Positions 10,072 through 19,780 of a DNA stretch of 64,000 nt are shown here, piece after piece. The notes under the pieces are model-generated. The model was not told the origin of the DNA and ran no database searches. It saw only the letters and a list, made by a program, of their open reading frames with translations. Source of the DNA: Nostoc sp. DedSLP01. GTDB taxonomy: Bacteria; Cyanobacteriota; Cyanobacteriia; Cyanobacteriales; Nostocaceae. A program made the translations under genes and the position numbers. The stretch lies in the NCBI GenBank assembly GCA_034530875.2, contig JAVRCJ020000020.1:64001-128000 (forward strand), read 5' to 3'. Within the stretch, counting starts at the first letter, position 1. Each line of letters starts with the position of its first letter.

Positions 10072-10797
10072 ATGCCTGCAAGAGGCATGGAGTCAAATTT
10101 ACAGATTTGGGTAACTAAATCGCTGGTGTCTTGCTGGCGAGAAGCTTTAGCAGAGGGAATTGGCACTTTTATTTTGGTATTTGCGGGTACTGGTGCGGTG
10201 ATGGTGAACTACGTCAGCCAAGGTGCAATTACGCATATTGGTATCAGTTTTGTATTTGGTGCTGTTGTTGCAGCGTTGATTTATTCTTTAGGTCACATTA
10301 GTGACGCACACTTCAATCCGGCAGTAACATTGGCGTTTTGGAGTAGTGGTTTTTTCTCAAAAAAGCGAGTTTTGCCGTATATTTTAGGGCAGCTGTTGGG
10401 GGCGATCGCGGCTTCAACTTTACTGCTAATTAGTTTGGGGCGAGTTGCCAATTTAGGGGCGACATTACCACTAAACGGCAATTGGTTGCAATCGTTGGTA
10501 TTGGAATTTGTTCTCACCTTTATTTTGATGTTTGTGATTTTGGGTTCGGGATTAGACCAACGCGCCCATATTGGTTTTGCTGGAATAGCGATCGGGTTGA
10601 CGGTGGGAATGGAAGCAGCATTTATGGGGCCGATTACTGGTGCAAGCATGAATCCAGCGCGTTCCTTTGGCCCGGCTTTGGTGGGAGGAATTTGGCAACA
10701 TCATTGGGTTTATTGGGTTGCGCCTATTTTAGGAGCGCAATTAGCAGTGATAGTATATCGACAGCTTTCTTATGGATTTCGCGATTTCAAAGAATAA
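10072..10797 (+). CDS. MIP family aquaporin/aquaglyceroporin, probable arsenite channel
   Basis: Two NPA motifs (HFNPAVT, SMNPARS), about 6 TM helices, first gene behind the ArsR operator; alternative start at 10087. Confidence 0.9.
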   Translation: MPARGMESNLQIWVTKSLVSCWREALAEGIGTFILVFAGTGAVMVNYVSQGAITHIGISFVFGAVVAALIYSLGHISDAHFNPAVTLAFWSSGFFSKKRVLPYILGQLLGAIAASTLLLISLGRVANLGATLPLNGNWLQSLVLEFVLTFILMFVILGSGLDQRAHIGFAGIAIGLTVGMEAAFMGPITGASMNPARSFGPALVGGIWQHHWVYWVAPILGAQLAVIVYRQLSYGFRDFKE

Positions 10798-10810
10798 AGG
10801 AGCAAAATTT

Positions 10811-11224
10811 ATGGCAATTTTGAAAACTCATGTAGCTTTGAATGTTACCAATATTGAAAAATCTGTAGCATTTTATCGCGCAATGTTTGGTGTGGAACCT
10901 ATTAAATATAAGGTTGACTACGCTAAGTTTGATATTGCTAATCCAGCGTTAAATTTAACATTAAATTTAACTAATAATGTGCAGCCTAATGGTGCATTGT
11001 CTCATCTAGGGATGCAAGTTGAAAGTACACAAGAAGTACAAGCAGCTATAAAGCGATTTACAGATGCAGAGTTGGCATTATTTACTGAAGATAATACTGA
11101 TTGTTGCTACGCTTTGCAAGATAAAGTTTGGGTAACAGATCCAGATGGTAACCGTTGGGAGGTGTTTGTGGTGAAGGTGGGAGATACTGCACCAGAAAAA
11201 ATGTGGCGGTGGAACAAACTGTGA
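10811..11224 (+). CDS. arsI: ArsI/CadI family VOC enzyme (C-As lyase) with a frameshifted C-terminus
   Basis: HVALNV, SHLG and TDCCYALQDKVWVTDPDGNRWEVF; the alternative frame after the A6 run at 11196-11201 gives ..KSCCG ending at 11244. Confidence 0.85.
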   Translation: MAILKTHVALNVTNIEKSVAFYRAMFGVEPIKYKVDYAKFDIANPALNLTLNLTNNVQPNGALSHLGMQVESTQEVQAAIKRFTDAELALFTEDNTDCCYALQDKVWVTDPDGNRWEVFVVKVGDTAPEKMWRWNKL

Positions 11225-11251
11225 GTAAGTCTTGTTGTGGGTAAGTAAGTA

Positions 11252-11647
11252 ATGAAAAAGGTGATGTTTGTTTGTAAGAAAAATTCACGGCGATCGCAAA
11301 TGGCAGAAGGTTTTGCTCGGAGGTTAGGAGCAGGTAAAATTTCTGTTAATAGTTCGGGGTTGGAAGCAAGTCATGTAGACCCAAAAACTGTTGATATTAT
11401 GTCAGAAATTGGTATTGATATTAGCAATCAAACCTCGAAGGCTTTAAGTGATTTTCAAGCTGAAGATTATGATGCCGTGATTTCGTTGTGTGGTTGTGGT
11501 GTTAACTTACCCGAAGCATGGGTGTTAAGAGATTTGTTTGAAGATTGGCAACTTGACGACCCAGAAGGACAATCAATTGAAGTTTTTCGCCGCGTCCGCG
11601 ATGAAGTTAAAGAACGAGTTTTAAAGTTAATTGATTCTCTAAATTAA
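11252..11647 (+). CDS. arsC: Arsenate reductase, LMW-PTP fold, glutaredoxin-coupled cyanobacterial type
   Basis: CKKNSRRSQMAEG P-loop, SLCGCG Cys pair and WQLDDPEG. Confidence 0.9.
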   Translation: MKKVMFVCKKNSRRSQMAEGFARRLGAGKISVNSSGLEASHVDPKTVDIMSEIGIDISNQTSKALSDFQAEDYDAVISLCGCGVNLPEAWVLRDLFEDWQLDDPEGQSIEVFRRVRDEVKERVLKLIDSLN

Positions 11648-11876
11648 TTTTATCTAACAAACAAATGTCAGCAAAATGAGACGTTGCACTGCAACGTCTC
11701 TACATGATTGCAAATTGGGAATAATGCAGAGGCTAGCATCTCTGCATTATTCTGAACTAAACCGAAACAAACTGTTTCTGTTATTGCCAATGATTGAAAG
11801 CTTTTCAAGATTGTTGGATTGATACCAATTTGAAAAACGAATTCAACATTCAAAATGGTATAAGTGAACTTATTGA

Positions 11877-12311
11877 TTATACAGCACTCAGCAAGAAACT
11901 AATCCGTTGCTCAAAGTCTAGCTGTTTAATTTGTGCTACAAATTCATCGGTTTCACTTGGTAGTTGATAGTCAGATGGTACTCCGATGATAGTTCCATTT
12001 TCTATACCTTTTGACAACAACAGCCAAACTACCAATCTAGAGTTAGGAATCAACTCCTTATAGCCTCGACCGATATCATTTGCACCTGTAAGTAGGTCGC
12101 GTTGTGCTTGCAGTTGTTCTTGTTGAGACAAAGCTTGAATTTGGTCAAATACTGCTTTTCCAGGGACTTCTACACTTTCAGGAGGTGCTGGTTGTAGCTG
12201 GTCTTTAATATCTAGGTAACCAAACCAAAGTATGCCTAGTTGAGTATCTACATCAAAGCGGCGAAAAGTTTCTAAAGCTGGTCTTGTTTTTTCATCAGCT
12301 GTGTAAGTCAT
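11877..12311 (-). CDS. Helical carotenoid protein (OCP N-terminal domain homologue)
   Basis: [27 protein letters not shown] and [10 protein letters not shown] match the OCP-NTD/HCP pattern; GGAG RBS before the ATG at 12311. Confidence 0.8.
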   Translation of the reverse strand: MTYTADEKTRPALETFRRFDVDTQLGILWFGYLDIKDQLQPAPPESVEVPGKAVFDQIQALSQQEQLQAQRDLLTGANDIGRGYKELIPNSRLVVWLLLSKGIENGTIIGVPSDYQLPSETDEFVAQIKQLDFEQRISFLLSAV

Positions 12312-12575
12312 AGAAAACTCCAAAGAAGTTAAAGTTACTCTTGATTGCTCAAGTGGTTGAGAAAACTTAATCTCGATACTTCATTAAACTTAACGAACCA
12401 ATCGACAAGAATATCTCTACTTATGGTATGAATAGCATTCACTACACAAGACAGATCGTAGATACCTCAAATTGCTACTTACAAAAATGCTCTTTTCAAA
12501 GTATGGGTTTGTAAAACTTGTATCTGCAAGCACAAACCTCACCTTTGCCTGTTACCTCTGGGGAAAGTAGTTGAA

Positions 12576-15500
12576 TCAGAAAACCAGGTTAGCGATCGCT
12601 CTAATTAACTTCGCTGGTTCCACAGGTTTGGTGATATGCTGTTGAAATCCAGCGGCAATTGCCTGTTGATAGTCGATTTCAGCTGCATAGGCAGTTAAAG
12701 CGATCGCTGGAATTTTGCCTCCGAGTTCTGGCGGCATTTCTCTGATTTGACGCATCAACATATAGCCGTCTACTTCCGGCATTCCAATGTCGCTTAAGAG
12801 CAGATTTGGTTGTAACACAGGCAAAACTTGCAGTGCTTCCACAGCCGATGCTGTCTGGGTGACGGTGGCTCCATACTGCTGGAGAATAAAGGCAATCAAT
12901 TCTCGCGTATCGCGCTCGTCATCGACTAACAGAACTTTTAAGCCATTTAAATCGGGCGAATCATCTGATTGTCGATCGCTATCTTCGTTTTTGACATTGA
13001 TTTTTATCAAAGGCAACATGACTGTAAAAGTTGCCCCCTGTTCTTCGCCCAAACTTTCTGCCTGGACTGTACCGCCATGTAGTTCGACGATATGACGAAC
13101 AATAGCCAATCCCAACCCCAAACCGCCAAATTTTCTGGTGGTTGCGCCGTCAGCTTGGCGGAAGTAGTCAAAGACGAATGGTAAAAAGTCGGGGCTAATT
13201 CCTTTACCTGTATCGCGTACTTGCAGTTGAGCCTGAGAATCAACAATCCCTAAGCTGATTTCTATTTCTCCGCCTTGGGGTGTAAACTTAATCGCATTGG
13301 AGAGGAGATTCCAAATTACTTGTTGTAAGCGGACTGAATCGCCGGCGACTAAAAATTTTGAGTCGTAGCCTTGATGCGCTGACAGCACAACTTGAATTTG
13401 GGATTTGAGATTGTCTGGTTGTTTATTAAACTCGATGGATGCTAAATTTCTGTTAGTGTTTTCTGATGCCAAATCTAAGATCGCAAATCGTAAGTTGATA
13501 GATTTGGCTTGAGCAGCTAAACGCACGGTTTCTAAAGCAGCGGCGATCGCAGTTACCAAATTTACCGAAGCAATATTTAAGCTGAGTTTGCCTTGCAAAA
13601 TCCGAGAGACATCGAGCAAATCTTCAATTAGCTGAGTTTGCAGCTTGGCATTACGCTCAATGGTTTGCAAAGCACGAGCGATGGTTGCATCATCGTACTT
13701 TTTAGTTTGCAGCATCTTTGACCATCCTAAGATGGGGTTTAGTGGCGTGCGCAGTTCGTGGGAGAGTACTGCTAAAAATTCGTCTTTAATGCGGTTAGCT
13801 TGAATTAATTGCTCTTTTCGTCGCTGTAACGAAGCTATTAATTCAAAACGTTCCAAAGCAACCGCCACTTGATCGGAAGTTGCTTGCAGTAAAGCAGTTT
13901 CCTCTGGGGTAAAGTAGGTACGGGTACGACTGGCAAAAGAGAGTACGCCTAAGAGTTTTCCCTGAGCAATTAACGGTTGACCTGTATATGCTGTGATTCC
14001 CAAATCGCGAAGGATGTGTGCATTGGGATGAGTAGAGTGCTGCACATCATTGATGACAATTTGACGCCGTTCTTGCGCCACTACTCCACATATTCCTTGA
14101 TTAAATTCTAAATATTCAAGTGCTTGAAATACTTCTTGGGCGATCCCACTCCAACCTACCAGGCGAAGTTTCTGCTTATTTTCGTGTGTCTCAATGAGAT
14201 AGTTGAAGTAAAAATGCAAATCCATCTGCGCCGAGAGTTTAACGAACAAGGTGTTCATCAAATCTAAAGGTCGCTCGGTTGAGAGCAAATCGCTGGTTGT
14301 TTCAAAAAGTAGCTTCAGTCCTTCACTGCGCTGTTGCAAAGCTTTTTGGGCTTGTTGGCGTTCCCGCAGGGCGCGTTCGCGTTCGGTAATGTCAACTGCA
14401 ACTCCTCCTACCAAGCGTAGTCCACAAGGATCTGCAATGGGAAACTTGTATACCAAAAATTCGCCAATACTGCCATCTGTGCGTGGGGCAGATTCAATTG
14501 CTTCTACGACTTGATTCGTTTCGGCAACTATTTTAATATTATTGAAAAATTGTTGAGCAGTTTCAGCCGGATATAGCTCAAAAATGTTTTTATTAATTGC
14601 GTTATTTTTTGGGAAATTAAATATGCGGAAATAAGTTGGACTCAGATAAAGTACGCGTCCGTCTGTATCTGTAATCCATCCTGCTGCTGGACTGTTGTCC
14701 ATAAAAGCTTGGAAGCGTTCTTCACTCTGGTGCAAAGCTTGTTCTATTTGGTGTCGTTCGCTAATATCAAGAATAAATCCTACTGCTTTGTGCCGAGATT
14801 CTCCTAATAAGGAATAGCCAATTAAAATTGGTATACGAGAACCATCTTTGCGAATATATTCTTTTTCATAAGGAGTACACGCACCTTTAGATTTGGCTTC
14901 AGCGATCGCTAATTCATCTAAATAAAGATACTCTGGTGGCGTGATATCAGTCCAGCGTAATTTACCCGCTTGCAAATCCTCTTTGGTATAGCCAACAATT
15001 CGCAGAAATTCGTCATTGGCTTCACTGATATTACCTTCCACATCGCTAAAGACAATGCCGACTATATTGGATTCTACAAAACTCCTCAGCCGTTCCTCAC
15101 TTGCTTTCACAGCGGCTTCTGCCTGCTTGCGGGCAGTAATATTCATGATAGTTACTAATACACTGTCGAATTTAGTATTTTCTGGCGGAAAGGTAATTGT
15201 AAATAAGATGTTCAGACGTTCTCCTTGGAGAGTTTTGAGAATAGTTTCTGATTCTAAGCAAGTTTGTCTATTAGTAATTGCTAGCAATTCTTCAACAAAT
15301 ACTTCTAATGTTTCTGGTACAAATATTTGCCGCAGCGATACCAAAAGTTCATTTTTATTTTCAGCACCAAACATTCGCACAGCTGCGTTATTCACGTTGA
15401 CAATTTTCACCATGTCAATCGCTTGTTGAATAAACTCTGGATGTTCGGCAAAAAAAGCGCGAAAATTCTCTACACCTTGGGCTTTTAATTCATCCAGGGC

Positions 15501-17114
15501 TGCTTTGACAAGGGAAAAATCTTCTTCAAAAATCGCCACGCCTGCGGCTTCAAAAATATAGCGATATTTTCTCTCTTGTTCTTGTAATGCTGCTTCTATG
15601 AGCTTACGTTGGCTGATATCTGTAGTGCTGCCAACTACGCGTAAGGGTTTGCCGTCAGCATCTCGCCTAACAACTATTCCTTGGTCTAGCACGTATACAT
15701 ATTGATTATTTTGGTTGCGAATTCGATACTCAGCAGTATAGCCATCGCCATTTTCCCAGGCAATCCCAGCATCATTTATTACACGTTGCAAATCCTCTGG
15801 ATGAACGAGTTCGCGCCACCATTCACTAGATTTTTGAGCATTTTCCAGGGAATAACCTAAAATTCTCGTTAATCCTTCGGTTCTTTCAACAGTATCCTGT
15901 TCTATATCCCAGTCATAGATGAGACAATTGACGGCAGCGGCGGCTAACTCGAAACGTTCGTTAGCTAACCTCAAGCGTTCTTCTTTGTCACGTAAAGTTT
16001 TTTCTACTTGCTTGCGTTGGCTAATGTCACGAAAGAAAATGTCAAGACCATCTTCACAAGGGTAAGCGTGAATCTCTAACCATACATCATATTTGGATGG
16101 TAAATAATAATGATGCTCGAAGTGGACGGGAATTTGTTCTGCCATCGCTCGGCGGTATTGGCACTCGAGATTTGTGCCTACTGAAGCCGGCCACTCTTCC
16201 CAGTGCGACTTACCAATGACTTCTGTACGAGGTTTGCCGTTAATTCGCTCTGCTTCGGCATTTTGATAGATGATTCGCCAATCTCGGTCTAGAGTAATAA
16301 AGGCATCGCTCATGCTTTCTAGGGTGCGGGTAATTCGCTCGTTAGCTTGCTGTAATGCAGCTTGTGCTTGTTTGCGTTCGCTCAAATCAACAACAAAGCC
16401 AATCACCCTTTCTTGAGTGTCTTCTAAAAGCACAGAACCAAGCAAAACGGGAACGCGAGAACCATCTTTGCAAATATATTCTTTTTCAAAAGGTTTACAA
16501 ACTCCAGTAGTTTTTAGTTCTTCCACCAAACGCTCGCTTAAACTTAGAGATTCAGGTGCAGTAAGTTCGCGCCAGTCCATTTCTTTGGCAGACAAATCTT
16601 CTCGCGTATAGCCAATCATCTTCAGAAAAGCATCGTTAGCCTCGATGATGCAGCCGTTGAGGTCGCTGATGATGACTCCAATGATGTTAGATTCTGCGAG
16701 TCGACTAAACCGCATTTCGCTATTTTGCAATAACTTCAAGCTTGACTCTGCTTTGCTTTTGGCAGTTTGCAATTCTGAGAAGAGGGCAGTAATTAATAAA
16801 GAGACTAACGAGAAGGTGGTTAATCGAATTAAGACACTTAGGCTAACAATATTAAATGAGTAGACTGGCTCAATGAGAAAGTAAAAGGCAACTATGGCAG
16901 ATAAAGCGATCGCTAGCATTCCTACTTCCATGCCACCATACCACGCACTAACCGCCACGGCAGCATAAAAAAAGGTAAACACACTCGGATCGAATACTGG
17001 CTGTAGCAGTCTTGCGATTAGCAAAGCAGCTGCTACAGCTAAAATCATCACACCAAAAGTTAGCGAAAAAGAGCGCATCAGCAAGAATTTTTCGAGTAAT
17101 TTTTTCACGCTCAT
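12576..17114 (-). CDS. Membrane-anchored hybrid histidine kinase (DUF4118, multi-PAS, GAF, HisKA, HATPase, REC)
   Basis: 4 N-terminal TMs, repeated PAS/PAC motifs, LSHELRTPL H-box, GGLGLGL G2 box, C-terminal receiver LLSDIGMP. Confidence 0.93.
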   Translation of the reverse strand: MSVKKLLEKFLLMRSFSLTFGVMILAVAAALLIARLLQPVFDPSVFTFFYAAVAVSAWYGGMEVGMLAIALSAIVAFYFLIEPVYSFNIVSLSVLIRLTTFSLVSLLITALFSELQTAKSKAESSLKLLQNSEMRFSRLAESNIIGVIISDLNGCIIEANDAFLKMIGYTREDLSAKEMDWRELTAPESLSLSERLVEELKTTGVCKPFEKEYICKDGSRVPVLLGSVLLEDTQERVIGFVVDLSERKQAQAALQQANERITRTLESMSDAFITLDRDWRIIYQNAEAERINGKPRTEVIGKSHWEEWPASVGTNLECQYRRAMAEQIPVHFEHHYYLPSKYDVWLEIHAYPCEDGLDIFFRDISQRKQVEKTLRDKEERLRLANERFELAAAAVNCLIYDWDIEQDTVERTEGLTRILGYSLENAQKSSEWWRELVHPEDLQRVINDAGIAWENGDGYTAEYRIRNQNNQYVYVLDQGIVVRRDADGKPLRVVGSTTDISQRKLIEAALQEQERKYRYIFEAAGVAIFEEDFSLVKAALDELKAQGVENFRAFFAEHPEFIQQAIDMVKIVNVNNAAVRMFGAENKNELLVSLRQIFVPETLEVFVEELLAITNRQTCLESETILKTLQGERLNILFTITFPPENTKFDSVLVTIMNITARKQAEAAVKASEERLRSFVESNIVGIVFSDVEGNISEANDEFLRIVGYTKEDLQAGKLRWTDITPPEYLYLDELAIAEAKSKGACTPYEKEYIRKDGSRIPILIGYSLLGESRHKAVGFILDISERHQIEQALHQSEERFQAFMDNSPAAGWITDTDGRVLYLSPTYFRIFNFPKNNAINKNIFELYPAETAQQFFNNIKIVAETNQVVEAIESAPRTDGSIGEFLVYKFPIADPCGLRLVGGVAVDITERERALRERQQAQKALQQRSEGLKLLFETTSDLLSTERPLDLMNTLFVKLSAQMDLHFYFNYLIETHENKQKLRLVGWSGIAQEVFQALEYLEFNQGICGVVAQERRQIVINDVQHSTHPNAHILRDLGITAYTGQPLIAQGKLLGVLSFASRTRTYFTPEETALLQATSDQVAVALERFELIASLQRRKEQLIQANRIKDEFLAVLSHELRTPLNPILGWSKMLQTKKYDDATIARALQTIERNAKLQTQLIEDLLDVSRILQGKLSLNIASVNLVTAIAAALETVRLAAQAKSINLRFAILDLASENTNRNLASIEFNKQPDNLKSQIQVVLSAHQGYDSKFLVAGDSVRLQQVIWNLLSNAIKFTPQGGEIEISLGIVDSQAQLQVRDTGKGISPDFLPFVFDYFRQADGATTRKFGGLGLGLAIVRHIVELHGGTVQAESLGEEQGATFTVMLPLIKINVKNEDSDRQSDDSPDLNGLKVLLVDDERDTRELIAFILQQYGATVTQTASAVEALQVLPVLQPNLLLSDIGMPEVDGYMLMRQIREMPPELGGKIPAIALTAYAAEIDYQQAIAAGFQQHITKPVEPAKLIRAIANLVF

Positions 17115-17115
17115 C

Positions 17116-17370
17116 TCAAGAGACCTCCTCTTGTTGTGCTTTTGAAAAATACTCGTTTAGTAGTTTTTTCCCTGGTTCGCCCATCTTCTCTAACATTTCT
17201 TGAATTAGCTTTAGTGCCATCTGTGAAGGCATCGCAGATCTGTTTTCCCAGCGATTAACTGTTCGCAGGGAAACTCCCAACTTGGCTGCAAACTTTTCCT
17301 GAGACAGATTGAGTTCTTGCCTAAGTTCGCGGATTAAATCTGCAATTTTTAGTGAGTTTCCTAGTTCCAT
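17116..17370 (-). CDS. XRE/Cro-type HTH transcriptional regulator
   Basis: LRQELNLSQEKFAAKLGVSLRTVNRWEN; ends 1 nt before the kinase ATG. Confidence 0.9.
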   Translation of the reverse strand: MELGNSLKIADLIRELRQELNLSQEKFAAKLGVSLRTVNRWENRSAMPSQMALKLIQEMLEKMGEPGKKLLNEYFSKAQQEEVS

Positions 17371-17935
17371 AATCAGCAGGTTAAGACAAATGTCATATAA
17401 TTTGTCTCCAGCTTAAGGATGAAGTTTAATAACCATTAGATATCATCCATCACGAAATGGATTGTATCTTTGGTCAAAGGCTAACATCAGTTATTAATAT
17501 TGGCTATTGACTGTATAAGCTAATGGCACAATAATACTCTCAACCTCACCATTACTGTAATTCATAGAAATAAAAACTCCTGGAGACTAAACAAGCGCGA
17601 AGTAGATTTATAAAATAAAAATAAAATTTATTCGCTTATATTACGGTTAATAGTATTATTTTTAGCCACTTTCTGATTTTTCCAGATTATTCAACTCTGA
17701 AAATCAGCGTGTAACAGTTGGAATTGTAGTATTTCATCCTCTACTTAATATTTGATTTATCAATTAAATGCTAATGGTTGCATACCTTAGTGACTACATA
17801 ACTTGAAGTTTTTGTTTACTACAATCAGAATCAAAATCTGTAGCAAATATTACTTCTTGAGTTAGATGTCAAGAGTAAATATGAAAAGCTATAATGTATA
17901 ATTAAGTTAATTATTGCCTAATTTATATTACTATT

Positions 17936-18961
17936 TTGATTAATCAACATTCAGAAAATTTTTTCAACACTCAACAAGAGAAAACACCAGCCCAAGGCTA
18001 TGAATTTAGCTGGTTTGATTGGTTTTGTCTTTGGTATCCACCAGGGTGGCTGATTTTATTTAACCGTCACTGGCAACATTATCATCAAGATCCCGATGGT
18101 TGGAATTGGCTAGAATATGGATTATTTTTAATACCTGGCGGCTTTTACCTAGCAATGTTGAGTCGTTGGTTGCGTCTGGGTTGTCGTTCGCCGCGTAAAG
18201 AAGTTGGTGAATTCGACCCCAATTATCAGCAAGCTTTTCGCGAAGAAGTAATTGCCCCCATCGTGAAATATTATTTTCGGGCAGAATTACAACAAATAGA
18301 AGACTTGCCGCCAACCGGGCCATTAATTGTGGCAATGAATCATGCTGGCATGTCTTTTCCTTGGGACTTTTTGAGCTTAGCTTATTTATTAAGTGAAGCT
18401 AGAGGATGGAAAGTACAACCCATAGCAAGCCCAGCATTATTTGACCATCCTTGGATGGTTTGGTGGTTGCCATCCAAATGGTCGCAAGTTTTAGGCGGTG
18501 TACGAGCGCAATTAAATGATTTTGAGGCTGCAATTGCCAGAGGTAAAATCCTCTTATATGCACCCGAAGGGATACGGGGGCCGGGGAAAGGTTGGACAAA
18601 ACGCTATCAACTGCAAAAGTTTGATGTCAGTTTTATACAATTGAGCGATCGCTATCATATTCCCATTCTCCCAGTAGTTTGTATTGGTAGCGAATATCTG
18701 CATCCTTGGGCTTTTAATATCGCCAAATTGCAACGGCTAATCAAATTACCATTCTTGCCTGTCTCGCCTTTGATGTTTGCCTTACTTCTGTTTCCCTCAA
18801 TGGGAGTGTGGGCAATGAAAACTCGTTTGCGTTATTTTATTCAGCCTGTGGAATCAGCAGAAGTACTGACAAATTCGAATAAAGGACATACAGCAGCTTA
18901 TCAACAAGCACAAAAATTACGAGAAAAACTACAAATTCAAATTAATCAATTAACGATTTAG
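17936..18961 (+). CDS. Lysophospholipid acyltransferase family protein (PlsC/MGAT-DGAT2-like)
   Basis: NHAG...D motif, YAPEGIRG and IPILPVV. Confidence 0.8.
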   Translation: MINQHSENFFNTQQEKTPAQGYEFSWFDWFCLWYPPGWLILFNRHWQHYHQDPDGWNWLEYGLFLIPGGFYLAMLSRWLRLGCRSPRKEVGEFDPNYQQAFREEVIAPIVKYYFRAELQQIEDLPPTGPLIVAMNHAGMSFPWDFLSLAYLLSEARGWKVQPIASPALFDHPWMVWWLPSKWSQVLGGVRAQLNDFEAAIARGKILLYAPEGIRGPGKGWTKRYQLQKFDVSFIQLSDRYHIPILPVVCIGSEYLHPWAFNIAKLQRLIKLPFLPVSPLMFALLLFPSMGVWAMKTRLRYFIQPVESAEVLTNSNKGHTAAYQQAQKLREKLQIQINQLTI

Positions 18962-19028
18962 GTGCGTTAGGCTACGCCATAACACCCCCTACTGGACTGA
19001 CACAGCTAAAATAGTGCATTAGCTTGAA

Positions 19029-19265
19029 TCTTGTGGGATGGGCGTCTCGCCATTGGTGTCAACTTAAGCTCAAACTCTTGCTCCACAATCGTTTTACCCC
19101 ACCCCCAACCCCTCCCCTTGCCAAGGGGAGGGGAGGTTTTGCGTCAGCAAAGCCGGGGTGGGGTAACGTGGCTCTTGATAGAAAGTGAGTAGAACTTGCT
19201 CATTATGTTTTCATCAGGGTTTCACGTTAAGTTGACACCAATGGCTAGAAGCCCACACCACAAGA
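19029..19265. mobile_element. Nested MITE: 197-bp element with perfect 19-bp TIRs inside a REP-like palindrome
   Basis: gccattggtgtcaacttaa (19049-19067) / ttaagttgacaccaatggc (19227-19245); outer arms tcttgtgg...ccacaaga; internal hairpin cccctccccttg-c-caaggggagggg. Confidence 0.75.
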
Positions 19266-19343
19266 AATTTTATTGCAACATTTAAGGCTTGCCACGCTAC
19301 TACTAATACAGAAGCTGAGGTTAAGAATAAAGTTGTTGTCATT

Positions 19344-19511
19344 AATACAGCTTGTCCGTTGGTTAACAACGCTTATCCGTTGGTCAACAACACAACTGGT
19401 TTGGTTAACAACGCTTATCCGTTGGTCAACAACACAACTTGTTTGGTTAACAACGCTTATATATTTTGCGACAAAGCTTATGCGATCGTTACCACAGCTT
19501 AAGCAAAACTT
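19344..19511. repeat. Degenerate 21-bp tandem array of about 8 units with a 42-bp super-period
   Basis: Units aacaacgcttatccgttggtc and aacaacacaact(g/t)gtttggtt alternate over 19365-19448. Confidence 0.85.
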
Positions 19512-19780
19512 ATCAATAAAAGACAAAACATACTCCACGAACACAATTCACAACCAAGGAATGAAAACATTTCTTTCCTAGTCACCATTCCCCAGTCCCC
19601 AGCCCCTATTTTCAAGCTAGGTCTAATCTCAAATTCGGTGACCAATAATTCAGACTTCTATTGGCTAGCAACACAAAATCATTAACAGGGGTTGTTACTG
19701 CATTCCCTGGTGGTTCCAGCTTATCCTTACTTGAGTAGCTGGTATCAGATTTGTTCTGGTCTGAATTTAAAGCGTGATGG

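Noticed and set aside
11273..11300. ArsC P-loop CKKNSRR lacks a second Cys
   Set aside because: The nucleophilic Cys, Asn, Arg and the distal CGC pair are intact, and this position varies in the family
12787..16863. Many short antisense or alternative-frame ORFs inside long genes (also within metH, pilQ, hpsA and the kinases)
   Set aside because: Shadow ORFs of well-supported genes
19344..19511. Possible CRISPR array
   Set aside because: Units are contiguous with no unique spacers, and no cas genes are present
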